Assembly (NCBI RefSeq): GCF_026571515.1
Contig: NW_026857567.1
Location: forward strand, 62,001-126,000
Length of the DNA stretch: 64,000 bases
Reading direction: 5' to 3'
DNA from: Ruditapes philippinarum
Lineage: Eukaryota
The translations under genes and the position numbers were made by a program. This document shows positions 12,871-25,870 of this stretch, one piece after another; position 1 is the stretch's first letter, and each line of letters starts with the position of its first letter. The notes beneath the pieces were generated by a model, which made no database searches, was not told the origin of the DNA, and was given only the letters and a program-made list of their open reading frames with translations.

Positions 12871-15800
12871 TCCAGAACCTTCTCGGGGAGCATCACCCGG
12901 TTCAACCGGTTCTTGTTTTTCTTGTCTATATCAATGATGTTGTTTGTGATATAAATTCCACTATTAGACTATTTGCTGATGATACAAGCTTGTATATAAT
13001 TGTTGAAAATCCGATAACAGCTGCGAATATTTTGAGCAATGATCTGGATAAAGTCACTAATTGGGCAAATAAATGGCTGGTTACATTCAACCCAAATAAA
13101 ACTGAATCATTATTAATTTCTCGAAAAGTTACTAAGCCTATCCACCCCCTCTAGAAATGAATGGTACTCAAATATCGGAAGTCATAACTCACAAACATCT
13201 TGGTGTTACTTTTTCAAATGACGGCACTTGGAATCATCATATTGACACTATCAAAGTAAAAGCATGGCAACGAATCAACGTCATGAGAAAATTAAAATTT
13301 ATTCTTGATAGAAAATCTCTAGAAATCATATATATTACGTTTATAAGACCACTTCTTGAATACTCAGATGTCGTATGGGACAACATAACAATACATCAGG
13401 AATATGAAATTGAGAAAATACAGCTTGAAGCTTGTAGAATTATCACTGGGGCCACTAAACTTGTTTCTATCTCAAACTTATACACAGAAACTGGATTTGA
13501 ACCGCTTAAAATCAGAAGAAAAAATCATAGACTTACTTTATTTTATAAGATGAAAAACAACATAACTCCGTCGTATTTATCCAATTTAGTCCCTGATAAT
13601 GTTGGCGATACTACTACATATAATCTCCGCAATTCTGCCAATTCTAGAATTATACACTGCAACACCCAACTTTATTCAAATTCTTTTCTCCCACTTACTG
13701 TCTCTGAATGGAATCAACTCCCAAATGACTATAGAAGTTCTTCATCCTTAAGTATTTTTAAAAGCAAGTTTAACTCAAATTCACAAAAGATCCCGAAGTA
13801 CTATTATATTGGCTCGAGAACTGATCAAGTTTATCACACACGACTTAGGACCCATTGTAGTTCACTAAAGGAGCATTTATTTTCAAAAAATATTATAGAC
13901 AGCCCTCTCTGTGAATGTGGGGACACGTGTCATTACTTTTTTAAGTGTCCACGCTTTAATACACAGCGTGCTGAACTTCTTGACAATTTACGAAATTTGG
14001 CAACAGACAACCTATCTATACTCCTATTCGGTGATGCCAATCTCTCATGCAAAATAATTTTCTTTCATTATGGTAATAATGCACTGGAGTATGCATGCAG
14101 ACGCTTTAAATAACAAGTCATATATATGAACTTGAAATGTTAATTGAATATGGAATCTGGATTATCTTGTTTATCTATGCGATTAAGATACTTTGTAATA
14201 AACTCACAAGGTATTACGCAAGTAAGGGCGCTCTTCATTTCGTTTCGTAAGAGTTACATTATCTTGCTTCCATAGCCTCTGTCTTTTGTGTTTCCTTATT
14301 ATATGCTATAATAATAATAGCATATTGTCACTAGGAAACTTATTACTACATTACTTATAAAGAAATCATTTAAAGTGTCAAAACTTATATAATTATAATA
14401 ATAAAAAAAAAATTCTAGTAATATTCTTAAATAGGACCTACACTTTCCATTATATTACAGTGACCCCCCCCCCCTTTACTCCACTTTTTGTCTCTATTCT
14501 GATCTCTTTTTTTCTTCTTCTTTTGTCTATTTATCTCCCTTTCCCCCATGTCGAGAACTATTTAAATTTGATACAGGCATTGCATTACACACTTGACATG
14601 TTCAGCTCCTCATTATAATCCTTTACAAAGTAGTAGGTATTTATTATTTTCTTGTAATATATGGAAGGAATTAAATGCAGGTACAATGAACTTTTGCTAT
14701 GTCATGTTGTTACTAAAATAAATTGTAGATATGTTTTTTTACAGGAGAGAGTTTCATATAAGCTGCAAGCTTTCTATATGTACTCGATCCTGAATGAAAT
14801 TTATATATTGTAATATTGACTATAAATATTGATGAAGAAATAAATATTGTTTAAACCAAGAATATAACCAGTTATGCATGGAATATATAATTTCTTTGGC
14901 CCGTCCAATTTGACAGAGAATTTTTGAAAAATTGGTTCAGTTCATATTATCATATTTTGTGTATTTTACAAATGGTAATTGACAGACATGGGATTGAACT
15001 TATTACATGAAATAAAAGATTGATGTTTTATAATAGTAATTTAAAGATGAATACTAGAAAAAATACAAATGTTTCTTTACAGCAAAGGTATGAGGCAATT
15101 CCGCCACGCATTATCTATTTAAGAAAAAAGTAAACATTTACAATGACAAACTGACATTAAGATGTCTGATGATACAAACTGGTTCAGTGTCCAATTAGAA
15201 ATTGAGAACTTGTTTTCTGCATCAAAGCATGTAATGTTTATGAATGTTTATTCAGATATATTCAAGGATGATCAGAATCGAAAGTATATTATACCTTTAG
15301 ATCAGTCTTTTGTGTAGTATTTTCATAATGAAGTATTAAGTTTTTTTGTATCAGTGTATTAAATACGATAATGTATATTAACAGTAATTGACAAGCTATT
15401 ATGCATTGTGCATACGCGACTTGATCATACAATTTTTATCAAAATTATATATTAAATTGACAGACATTTGATTGGTATTTTTAACTTGTCATGGAACTCT
15501 TAAGTTGTTTTTTAAACAAAAGTTTAGCTAGTTTAAGGTTAAACAAGCAAGCATATTACTAACTTAAAGTCGTCGACGTCTTCAGTTTCATACAAGCTTC
15601 TCCTCACTCCCAGTACTTCAGTATCAGACATGAAACCATTTTACCGTTATTCGATTTACCATGCATGTATACAGAAATAAACGTAAAGCAAATATTTGGT
15701 GTGTCATTTATAAAGCAATTATAGTAAACGGATTATTTATAATACATGTAATAGGTTTTACTTTTTAGCTAAATTGATTGACCACGACAGATAAAGATAT

Positions 15801-17261
15801 TTATTACAAACATTAAATTTGAATGGAACATAGATTCAGGAAGTCGATAACCAGGAAATATATTTCAACATTATTAAGCATGATTTAAACACGTCATATC
15901 CGTATAACATTTTTGTAAGCTCTTCAGACAGACAACAGATAAGGTTCTGCACAGTCATCTATTTCTTCCTGACGCAGACGCGCTAATGACACTCAATCGT
16001 TGAAAGGTTTAGTTGAATGGCAAAATAATTGTCAAATATTTAACATAATAATGATAAATAAAAAACAGATAGCTGAAAACCAACTTTTAGTTAACAATAT
16101 TTATCTCTTAATAAGAATATTCATAATGGAAATGAAATCTATTTGAAATGATATCCTATAAAATTCGTTCAAATTTATTATTGCAAAAATGCAAATAATG
16201 CACTAAATTTAGCTCTCTTAAAGAAATCATCCTTAAAAAACTGAATAACTGAATTAGGGAGAAATTCGTGTCATGGAGTACGCAGGTTTAATATATAGGT
16301 TTTACTTGTTAGAAGTGAGAAGAAGGTGGAAAAACAGACCCAAAATATATACTTCAATACATTTATAAAAATTTAATGATACGTATACCTTTATCAAATA
16401 TTAAATTATTTGCCTGTCATAATTAAACTTTTACCTATACATTTTTATCTGAAGATTTAAAAGGGGTATTCTAGTAAATCAAGTATGTACATCAGAATGT
16501 ATGCTCAACTAAACCTTTTCATGTACATCTATCGAATCGATCACCTTAAAGAATATTATCTGCTTGCCTTCTTATAATTTCCCTTAAATACCATTTTATA
16601 TCCCGATGACGATATTGGCAGACATGATTGAGTAATTTCAAGTAAATGGATTGATAATCAAGACAGAAGTACACTAATTGGAAATGACAAAGTTGGTCAA
16701 AAGCATGTCGAGTTAATATACCGATGAGGTTATATGAATTGGCTTGATACTTGATATAGAATTGACTTAGCTTCATTGATTTCAATAACTGTGGTTATCT
16801 CACAATGATAAACTTACATGTTGTCTGTCAAATATACTTGAAGGGAAACAAATCTGAATTTGTTTTTGCACATATCTATACAATTGTGTAATGAAATGAT
16901 TGTCAAATATGATAATGATTTTTTTTTGTATTGCATCTTTTCTGGTTGACTTATTCTTTTGAACTGAATAAGGAATACTAAAGTCATTCAAATAGTAGAT
17001 GAATACTGTGGCTATTTCGAAACTGATCATGTATAAGATATAAAATAAAGCAAATTTGTTCGAAAACGTATAGAAGACATCATAAATGTGGTATAATATA
17101 CATCTAAATCTGACAGCGTACCTTGTTAAATATCGGAAATAAAATGCTTTCAAATAGAGAAAGTGTTTGTCATCTTACATCAAGTCATTTGTAGTCATTT
17201 ATATCCGGATTGAAAGTCAAATTATTTAGTAGTACATACAGCTTCAGGACTGCTATTTAAA

Positions 17262-17480
17262 ATAAAATAGAAGTAAATAAGATACACATCTATGTTTACT
17301 TGAAAACAAAAACATTCCCATTTAAGACTTCCGTGTTCAAGTAAAAGGAAGTAAACAAGATGCACATCTATGTTAAATAAAAAAGAGAAACACTCCCTTA
17401 TACTAATGGCATTTAAACGTAAAATGGATATAAACAATATCTACATCTTTCCTAACTAGAAAACAGAAACACTCCCTTTT
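17262..17480. repeat. Degenerate tandem repeat, 3 x ~78 bp
   Basis: GAAGTAAA(T/C)AAGAT(A/G)CACATCTATG...AAACA(T/C)TCCC-like unit recurs near 17270, 17349 and 17427. Confidence 0.7.
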
Positions 17481-19254
17481 ATTGTAGCTTAAAACCTTAC
17501 AAGTGTTAATGGGCAAGAGATCAAATCGCTTGATTGAAAGTAAGGTAAGTTTTTCGATCGGAGAGTGGCCGGCTACTGGGCAATTTTCTCGGAGAGTGGA
17601 ACGAGAATGTGGTCGTTTTCTTTCTCGCTTTATCTTCACATATGAGGTCTGTCAGACATCTATAGCACAATGGAGAATACCTTCAGACGGAATGACGCTT
17701 GTTACATTTTTGTTTTTATTTTACGACGTCATTAACGTCAATTAGTGTGTTATTAGCGTACCTCTTGTCAAATGAAATACACACAGACTCGTTTTTTTTA
17801 AACATATTTTATTGAATTTTCCGCTGTATATAGAGGATATTTTTGGATATTATTATCTCGATAAATTGTGAAATCGTAAAAAATTTGAACAGTAGACCTG
17901 CAGTCCTACTTCTTTTCAAACAACCATCGTATTAAGCATATCATAAAATGACCCTTTTCGTTTGTTTAATGCTAAGGTGTTATGTTTTTCATGTCACGTG
18001 CTTATACAGAAACAAAAACAAAAAAGATGGGGAAAAAACAACTGAAAACGTACTTTCTGGGACAATTAAAATCCTTGAAAGATATCAAGCGGTTATTATT
18101 TATTACTCTCTCTTATGTCGAGAGTAAATCAATTATTCTCTAATCTGCTATAGCAGGAAACAACAACAAATACATAGGAATAACGCTTAATATTTGGTAG
18201 TACATACTACAAATCAATAGAATCAATCGGTATTTATATGTATCTGTTATGTTCTTGTATTTGGGATTCATCAGATGTATAGCATTGTTGCTGTATCCGA
18301 AACTCTGAAACGAAACTAAAACAGATCTGAATACGTGGTTACAAAATATTACAAACAGAATAATATTGTGTAATCTGTAAAATATTAAATAACAAGTTAT
18401 GTTCATTAAAACAAAGAAAATTCATTAAATTATGCAACTTTAATAAGTTATATTTCAAGAAAAGATTTTTTTTTTGAGTGTCATGTGAAGAATGATGACA
18501 AAAGCCTAAATATTCAGCAAGAATGTGTATTAAAATACTTCATCGCAAAAACGTTTGTTGTAAGAAGGGATGGGGTCGGGTGGGGCGTATTTAAACAGGT
18601 TATTTGAGTACCACCAAATGCAAGCGTCGAGTGAAGAAAAACCGCGAAAACACTATATATATACCCCACTAACCCAAGAAATACACGTGCACCGTTAAAT
18701 GAAATTATTTAAGGTTTCACTCCATATTTAACTTAAGGTACAGAAACCATACATAAACACTCATTCAAGCTATATCCGATACGAGAATAATTTCATTTAG
18801 GATTAATTCTTTAATATTGAATATAAAGAGATAGTGATTGGTTAATGATTTAAAATTTTATATTCGATATTCAATATAAAAAAAGTATCAGACTGAAATG
18901 TTTTAAATATTTTATTTTCATCCTGATTATATTAAAAAAATAATGTTTATTTAAAACCATGTTTTTTTGTTCCTTGAAACAAACACATTTCAATAGAAAA
19001 GTAAAGATAACATAACTTTATACTTCGAAAACCTTATGTCTCTTATTTGTTTGCAGCCGTAGGCTGCATGAAAGGCACCTGCCTTCACTTTGTTTATATG
19101 CTTATCGTCTCTGTTTGTCGAAGTGTATCTTAGTTTACTTACTTAAAGATAAAACTTGTATTCATTAAAATGAGAATTTAAATAAGAAATAGTTTCTCTT
19201 TCAGTTATCACATATTTCCCATATTATCAGCTTTCTATCAAACTACAAGTTTCG

Positions 19255-20036
19255 CGGGTGGTCCTTGGCCGAGTAGTTGACTTCAAAAAAATAGAAAAAT
19301 ACAGAATCCCTAAAGAAAGCTCAACACGGCAAAATTGAAAATGTTGCAGGCTCGGTTTGATTGAGCCAGTTCATGGACGGCACTGGAAAATGCAAGTTAC
19401 CGTCCACGCTCCCTAGCACCCACTGAAGCAGAATTCAACATTTAACACGAAAATAGTGAAATTTTGAATTTAGAAACATCCGCAGATGTTTTCATACGGC
19501 GGTTATCATGGAAACTTCAATGTGACACGTCCGTGCCATTCCATGAAAAGCGGCGTATGGTCCCCAAGTAATAAAAAGCGTGTGCCCTAAACGAGAAAAC
19601 AATGAGCGGAACTAAATAAAATGGAATTTTGAAAGGGGATCAGAGGTTATGAAGCCTGCGTATCACAGATAAGGCGTCAAAATACAAATTTAAAAAGCAG
19701 GCAACATATCCTAAGGTTGATTCAAATTATTCAAGTAGGAACCACCAAACTAGAAAATTCCGAAAAGTTGAAACTAAAAATACCACAAGCGCAAGCCACC
19801 ATTTGCCCCTCACAGCTGTGCGAACAAATCCAAAGACGGAATTTGGATTCTTTCATGTCAGGAAGCTATCTAGCTAGCTTACGGAATGTCGGTGGTTCTA
19901 ATCGTGTGTCGGTTCGTGTCTGTAATAATGCGCGGAATTGCACCTGCGGCCTCACTTCATCAGTCAAGCTGGAAACGTTGTCATATGTCCAATACTGTGT
20001 CGGTGTGACGAAAAACCTAATTTAACAAATAAACAA
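19255..20036 (+). mobile_element. tRNA-derived SINE (bivalve Meta-type, tentative), interrupted by a ~510-bp insertion
   Basis: A-box-like TGGCCGAGTAG; body GAAGCTATCTAGCTAGCTTACGGAATGTCGGTGGTTCTA; (CAAA)n tail; near-TSD ACAAGT(T/A)TCG at 19245-19254 and 20037-20046. Confidence 0.8.
19286..19792 (-). mobile_element. Unclassified ~510-bp hairpin-rich interspersed repeat inserted in the SINE head
   Basis: Colinear along its length with the reverse complement of 57046-57560. Separates the SINE A-box region from its B-box region. Strand is an arbitrary convention (T-rich end taken as 3'). Confidence 0.85.
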
Positions 20037-21248
20037 ACAAGTATCGTGTCACAAGACACACACAAATCTAACCACTTAGATAAATGTATTAATAGTAAAG
20101 TTTTTAAATGTTTTTATGAAGTGTTTACATTCAAACAACATTGAATTGCAAGTTGTTCCCTTATGCATGCCTTGTTTTAGGATTATCATGTTTTATGAAA
20201 TACGTACTCCATAAAACCTAAAATACGACCAATACATCAAGATTCACGAGCTAAATGTATTGTAAAAATTCGATGTAATGTAAAAAAATCTGAAATCTGA
20301 AAATCTGAAGCAAATCATTCAGATTGGTTTAAAATGAAGGCAATTGATCCCAAGTTAGTTATTTAGATACATTATTGCTTCACTTCACAAATCTTGTCAA
20401 AGACGTCGGTAGTTCTCGGGAAAAGAAATAAATAATCACCAAACATTTCTTTACATATAATCTTTTTCTACAGAAATAGTTTATTACGATTAAGATTCAA
20501 ATACCATTTGAAGGGTACATGTATTATAAAAGACAAATTTATTATCTGCGTTTACCATTAATTCAACATTTCTGTTAAGGTTATATATTTTATATGACCA
20601 TTTTATTTCATTGTATTAACTAAACATCATTCTCTTATTACACTTTAGGTATACGATGACATGATCTCGAACATTTGAAAAAAAAAATGTTCGTCGCTCC
20701 ATTATCTAGAGGCATTTCGCTGTTTGATATATGTGACCATTTAGATAACATAACGTGGTGGTTATCCTGTACGTTTGTGGAGCTATTTAATAATTTCAGT
20801 AAAAGACTTCATCACAGAAATTATGAACAATTTTAATATCATGTGAGTGTTCGGTGCCAATAAGAAACACCAAATTAATTAAAAAACAGATAAATACAAA
20901 ATTATATAAATAAAAAAGACTGAATAAGTTTTAGAAGTAATCCTTTCTGGCCTTTTCTGACAAATGATTTATAAAAGGAAACCGTTACTGTTATAATCTT
21001 CCTTGTTTGCAAATTGACTTAAATTTCGCCTTCAACAGTGACGTTGAGCATACTTATTAATATAAATTTACCATTTTACATCAACTAATTTCAGATACAT
21101 TGAAAAGAAGCACATCACATTTATTTCAGGTTCATTTCGAACATTTAACAAAACAATACAAGAAGAAAAGTAATGGCTAAAATTTATATACATTTACGTT
21201 AGTGATCATGAACTGGCTAAAAAATGTTAAATAGCATAATTTACTTAA

Positions 21249-22666
21249 AGAGGTACTTCCATGGTTTATAAATAAAAATGAACATGAGCAGTTTTCATTC
21301 AGTTTTATGACATTTGTGTCAATTACAGTTAAACACATGATGTATATAATTTTTCGATACGACGTACAATCATGTTAATTTATAAATATAAAGTCTAATT
21401 AAAATATTAAGTTCAATTGCTGGAACAGAGAAATAATAACCCTTAGCCATGCAATTTTCTCTGCGATAAATAAGTGTATACATAATTTATTTAACTCATT
21501 TCTAACAAATAATGTGGGAAGATGATCCATTTTGTTATTCAATAGAGAAAAAAATAATTTCAGATTTTTTTTACATATTTCAGTTCATCAAAAAAGTTTG
21601 ATCGGTTAATTTTAGGAGCGGGATTTAGGCGCCTTGCTTTCTATGGTTGACAAAAAATATTTTAATATCTACTACAAAATCTAATGATCCAATTCATTTG
21701 TCGAAATATTCCATGAAAATGAATTAAAATGAGATTCACCATCAAAACACAAGGTTATCATGATAAAATACCTCAATATTAAAAGAGGAAAATGCCATAA
21801 TATTTGAGTTTTAAAGAAATTTAGTCCATACTGCAAGTGTTGACAAAAAGCGTTTAACCGTTTGCGGAGATTTTTCTACTGATTCAGTTAATGTGACCAA
21901 TTATTCAGATAAAATATAATAAAATGAGTAATCAATCGAAAATCATTGATGTTTTCCAGGCATTGTGTCATAATATCAGCTTTTACGCAGAATTTCGCCA
22001 AATTTTGAAGTGTGTTAGTTCAAGCAATTGAAAAAGTCGGGCTTGGGTAGAGTAGGATTCATTGAAGCGTGAAAATTATTATCAATCCATTCGATTTCGT
22101 TGAAAGTTTAATAGATTAGCTCACATTAATTGATACATTATTTGGCCCTCGTGACGTTTCATGTTTGTCAAAAAAGGAGTAAATATTGCGTTTGTGTAGG
22201 AATACGTAAAGAAGTGCTGCACGTGGAGTGTAATATAAGCCCCTGTTTGTAAGATTTTCCCACACCGCTATTTTGTAACATTACATTTTCTATGTGGTAA
22301 GTGAAAATAATTCAATCGTAATTTTACAAAAAGGAAACTTTTCCAAATGTTATGTTTTATGTGACATACATATACATGTATCTGCATACTGTTCCCCTTC
22401 TTTATTTAAAGCTATGTTAAACATTTACTTAATCATGCAAGATTTCGCATATTAAGGCAGACATCTCAAACACGGTGAAATAGCTAAAATATCATGCAAT
22501 TACGCTTTTATATAATCTAACTATGAAATGAAAGGGGAAGTACGTTATCTCTGACGACACCTAGCCCCGATATGCACGGTACATGATGACACGAAAATAA
22601 AAAGAATGAATATACCGAAGGACAAAAAAAAAAATCAAACAGTACTGAAACATCGTACGGACCTCT
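21249..22666. mobile_element. Non-autonomous Kolobok-like DNA transposon
   Basis: TTAA at 21245-21248 and 22667-22670 flanking imperfect TIRs AGAGGTACTTCCATGGTTT / AAACATCGTACGGACCTCT. Purine-purine ends with a TTAA TSD are Kolobok hallmarks. No ORF. Confidence 0.7.
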
Positions 22667-23084
22667 TTAAAATAAGCTTGACACTGTTTGGCGAATTTCA
22701 CAATTATTTTGAATGTAACTCAAATGCATAGCAACTTATACATAATATCAGATATAATACAAGTCTTCCTTTCCGACAGATTTTACTTCAACAGTTCTTT
22801 AAAATAACGGAAGCATTTTGACAATTGAACACTTATGTACATGTTTTTAAGTATATCCGTTAAGATGCCGATACGTTGTTCCTGGCGATTTAAAGCTTGT
22901 ATGAATCTTTAAAGGTATCAATGCACAAATATTACCAATAGAGAGAACTGTAATATTTTTATATAATTACAATGTAAAATATTGTTCGCCATTCTAATAA
23001 ATGTTTTAAAATGTAAATAGATGAGGAAGTATTAGATACTTTATCTTTCGTTATGAAGTGTTGATATTAATTTTAATATACCAA

Positions 23085-24400
23085 CACTTACTGACGTGTG
23101 CAAAACTATTCTGAATTGATCATGAAATATATTTTCTGGTGACTGATTAAAATGGCTAAATTTCTGAATCCAAAATAAAAAAAAAAACAATCAAATATCT
23201 GTCTATTGAAACTAACGACATAATTGTGATTATTTAGTTCGTATATGCACAAAGGGATATGTTTTGTTAATACATGTTATAAGTTGCAGAAGTTAATACA
23301 CTAGTGCACGAATTGGGGGAAAACTAAATTCTACCAATAGAAAAAATAACATGGAAGAAGGATATAATATGCCGTGTAAGATTTTGTTTCATTTGCCTAG
23401 AAAGCCTCTGAATAAAAACTTCATAAACATTACTTGATTTTGATGTTTACAAGTTATCTATGGTCGTGTGGGTACTAAACCAATTTGTGTCATCAGACAG
23501 TTTAATGTCTCTCAATACATAATGTGTGATCAAATTGTCAGACATATTTGATGTATACGAAGAAACATTTGAGCCGCGTCATCACAAAACCAACACAATG
23601 GGTTTGCGACAAACATGGTCCGCGCAGTCTGATCAGGATCCTTGCTTTTTGCTTACAAGCCTTATAGCAAGTAGAGAAACTGATAGCGAACAGCATGAAT
23701 CCTGATCAGACTGCGCGGATGCGCAGGCTGGTCTGGATCAATACTGGTCGCAAATGCACTATGTGAGTTTTGACCTGACGTGGCTCAATTTTGTGTAATT
23801 ATTTGTTTCAGTAGTCATCTTTAAATAAGTACAAAATACCAATTTCATATCAATAGGTTCATATCCATTTAACCATAAATTATATGCCTACATAACGGCA
23901 AACATACATCAGCAATAATAAACCAAGAATTGCAAAATTGCAAAATTGAAAATCTTAAGTATGAACAACTACATAACTGAATTAGGCAAGAATGGGTAAT
24001 ATCATGAAAACAGCTGTTATAGAGCTTTGACATGTTGTTTTACTTGTGAGGATAACAAACAAACTAAAAACGGACCTAAAATAGGGAATTGTAGACGAAT
24101 AAAGAAGCACAGTTGTACGAAAAAACCTTATAGATGCTGTTATATTTATTCATTCAAATCCGGCAGTGGACCTCATTGTATTATTTCATTAAGTGGAGGA
24201 AGTGTTTGTCATCAAACATCATGAGTCAATTATATCTCACTTGACGGTTGATTGTTTTTGCAGTACAGACAAGTAAACAAGATCCACCTCATTATATGTT
24301 AATATGAATACAGAAATAATAATTTTTATGACTGATATTTTAAAGTAAATGAAAATAAACAAGTTCCACATTTAACTTTATTAGAATACAGTAACACACC
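23085..24400 (+). pseudogene. Decayed LRR/TLR relic (paralogue of 5782-17230)
   Basis: DNA matches to that relic: TACTGACGTGTG (23089 vs 5888), ATAACTGAATTAGG (23973 vs 16245), TTTTACTTGT...AAAAAC.GACC.AAAATA (~24038 vs ~16300). LRRs 'KYLSIETNDII' and 'KLKILSMNNYITELGKNG'. Confidence 0.5.
23571..23786. mobile_element. Palindromic MITE with GAG...CTC ends (Sola-like, tentative)
   Basis: TIR GAGCCGCGTCA / TGACGTGGCTC; internal inverted repeat TCCGCGCAGTCTGATCAGGAT / ATCCTGATCAGACTGCGCGGA; flanks ATTT / AATT; the left arm has a deletion. Confidence 0.75.
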
Positions 24401-24573
24401 CTTTTATTTTTCTTGGCACTCGTACACGTGTTTACGGGCAAGATTACAAAATCGATAAATACGAAAATAATGTTGTTTTGAAATCGTCAGTAAGCTTAAT
24501 ATCATGAACATAAACTTTTATTTTGATTGGGTGTAATGTTGATGTTTTTGTTCTTGTTTTTTTTTCTATTTTT

Positions 24574-25010
24574 GTGCCCCCACGTTAGTGGCGGGCATTT
24601 AGATTTACCCTTGTCCGTCGGTCCGTCCGTCTGTCCTTCCGTCCGTCCGTCCGTTCACTTTTGTGTCGCACGTAACTCAAAAAGTATTTGACCTAGAGTC
24701 ATGTAACTTTACAGGAATATTGATCAGCATGTGCAGTTGTGCACCAGGTATTTTCGTCTGGATTTATTTAGTATTTTTAGAGTTATTGCCCATCACTTAG
24801 AAAATTTTTGCAATTTTCAACTTGTGTCGCAAGGATTTGACATAGTCATTAAACCTTATGGGCAGGTTGCTCAGCATATTTTAGATTTGCACCTGGGGTT
24901 TCGCTTGTGGATTTATCCAGTATTTGTAGAGTTATTTCCCTTGACTTAGTAATAAGATTGACAGAACAGTGGCGTGGTGGGGGCACCGTGTCCTATGGAC
25001 ACATTTCTAG
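24574..25010 (+). mobile_element. HINE-type non-autonomous element, family 2
   Basis: subTIRs GTGCCCCCAC (24574) / GTGGGGGCAC (24977), 5' stem-loop, (CCGT)n, about 2 internal units, 3' hairpin GTGTCC-TAT-GGACAC, end TTCTAG in a T-run. Confidence 0.85.
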
Positions 25011-25588
25011 TTTTTATTTCCATGAGCTTTTAACTATTATCTAATGTCATCTTTATAAATCAAAAAGAAACAACCAAAATTAAATCCATATTTTCTAGGA
25101 CAATTTCAGTCCTTAAAAGTATATCGAACAGTTATCAGCGTTATTGTTCTTTAATACTGATTATAAGAAGATAGTGATGGGTTGATCATTCAAAAGTTTG
25201 ATATTCGATCTTCAATCCTACACATGTTTTTAGTTAATCTATTTTTTTTGCATACGAACTATACTTAAAGATCATTGTGCATTTTGAACAACACGAGTTG
25301 AAAATGGTTCATTGAAATAAACCCTTTTAAATAGAAAAGTTATTAAAGTAATCCAGAACTTCTTAAAACTTAACTTTCTAATCGGTGTGTTGTCTACACT
25401 GCATGAATGGCATCTGCCTTTGTTTTGTGTAATATTTTTTCGTTCTTGTTTAGTTTCTTATAGAAAGATCGAAATTGTAGAAAGTCTTTATACAGGAAAA
25501 TTTAAATTTAAATTTAATGCATACTCTTTTTACAATAATCACAGATTTCCCATAGTGTCATCAGCTACCTCTTAATGTACAGATATTG

Positions 25589-25870
25589 TTTGTGTGTTTG
25601 ATTGTTTTGGGTTTTACGTCACATCGACACAGGTCATATTGGCAATCCGACGTTCCGGCTTTATTGGTGGAGGAAGACGTCAGGTGCCCTTCCGTGCATT
25701 ATTTCATGCACGAACGGGCATCTGAGTAGACATACTGACGTTCCGTAAAATAGCTAGATAGCTTCCTCACATGAAATAATCCAAGTCCCTGTCAAGATTC
25801 GAACCCACAGTGGTGAGGGGCAGGTGGTTTCAAGTGAACCACCTTAACGTCTAGGCCACGGACGGCCCAC
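25589..25870 (-). mobile_element. tRNA-derived SINE, same family as 19255-20036, full length
   Basis: Minus strand: GGGCCGTCCGTGGCCTAG head, B box GGTTCGAATC, shared body, CAAA-type tail. Near-TSD GTACAG(A/G)TATTG at 25577-25588 and 25871-25882. Confidence 0.88.

Larger units (their letters stand above)
11108..12915 (+). mobile_element. Helentron-associated non-autonomous element (HINE/DINE-1/pearl-like) inserted in the RT domain
   Basis: 5' stem-loop TATGCTCCCCGAAA..TTTCGGGGGAGCATA, (CCGT)n microsatellite, tandem array, 3' subTIR TCGGGGAGCAT, terminal hairpin CCGGTTCAACCGG, end TTCTTG at a T-run, no TSD. Removal restores codons P-L-L-F-L-V-Y-I-N-D exactly. Confidence 0.9.
9068..14113 (+). 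pseudogene. LINE ORF2: 2A-like leader, APE endonuclease, reverse transcriptase, C-terminal Cys/His remnant; disrupted
   Basis: APE motifs HYNVQS, FTETWL, YRPP, GDLN; RT motifs NYRPISLLS, DISKAFDRVWH, GVPQGSILGP, FADD; 'CECG' near the end. Lesions: in-frame stop 9704-9706, frameshift ~10645, deletion ~10873, 1808-bp insertion 11108-12915, stop/frameshift ~13152-13157. Confidence 0.92.
6367..14857 (+). mobile_element. Full-length CR1-group (CR1/Zenon-like) non-LTR retrotransposon, inactivated
   Basis: Perfect 11-bp TSD AAGAATATAAC at 6356-6366 and 14858-14868. Contains ORF1, a 1.6-kb spacer, an APE-RT ORF2, and a 3' UTR ending AATAAATATTGTTTAAACC. Confidence 0.9.
5782..17230 (+). pseudogene. 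Decayed near full-length TLR relic split by the CR1 LINE (host parts ~5782-6366 and ~14869-17230)
   Basis: Frame from ATG 5782 runs 113 codons with 2 internal stops: hydrophobic leader 'FKYFLLFGVCLFKAF', LRRNT-like 'LILTCEND*NIVPGWL', LRR 'FLYLFHHCLLRIINIF'. Removing the LINE and one TSD gives an in-frame join (CLKNIT|SYAWNI). LRR 'ITELGRNSCHGV' at ~16246, LRRCT-like 'ISLKYHFISR*R...KWID' at ~16575-16655, weak TIR-like text at ~16820-17200. Confidence 0.5.
19067..23080 (+). pseudogene. Decayed TLR relic (paralogue of 25404-29550), split by a SINE and a Kolobok-like element
   Basis: Signal-like 'MKGTCLHFVYMLIVSVCR'; DNA homology with ~25390-26590; LRRCT-like 'MNWLKNVK*HNLLKISLTLFGEFHNYFECNSN' stays in frame across the removed Kolobok element; juxtamembrane 'RCSWRFK'; TIR-start-like 'NILYNYNVKYCS...IDEEVLDTL'. 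Confidence 0.5.

Noticed and set aside
17503-17550. Host exon ending at a consensus donor AAG|GTAAGT
   Set aside because: Isolated splice-like signal with no linked exon or recognisable coding content.
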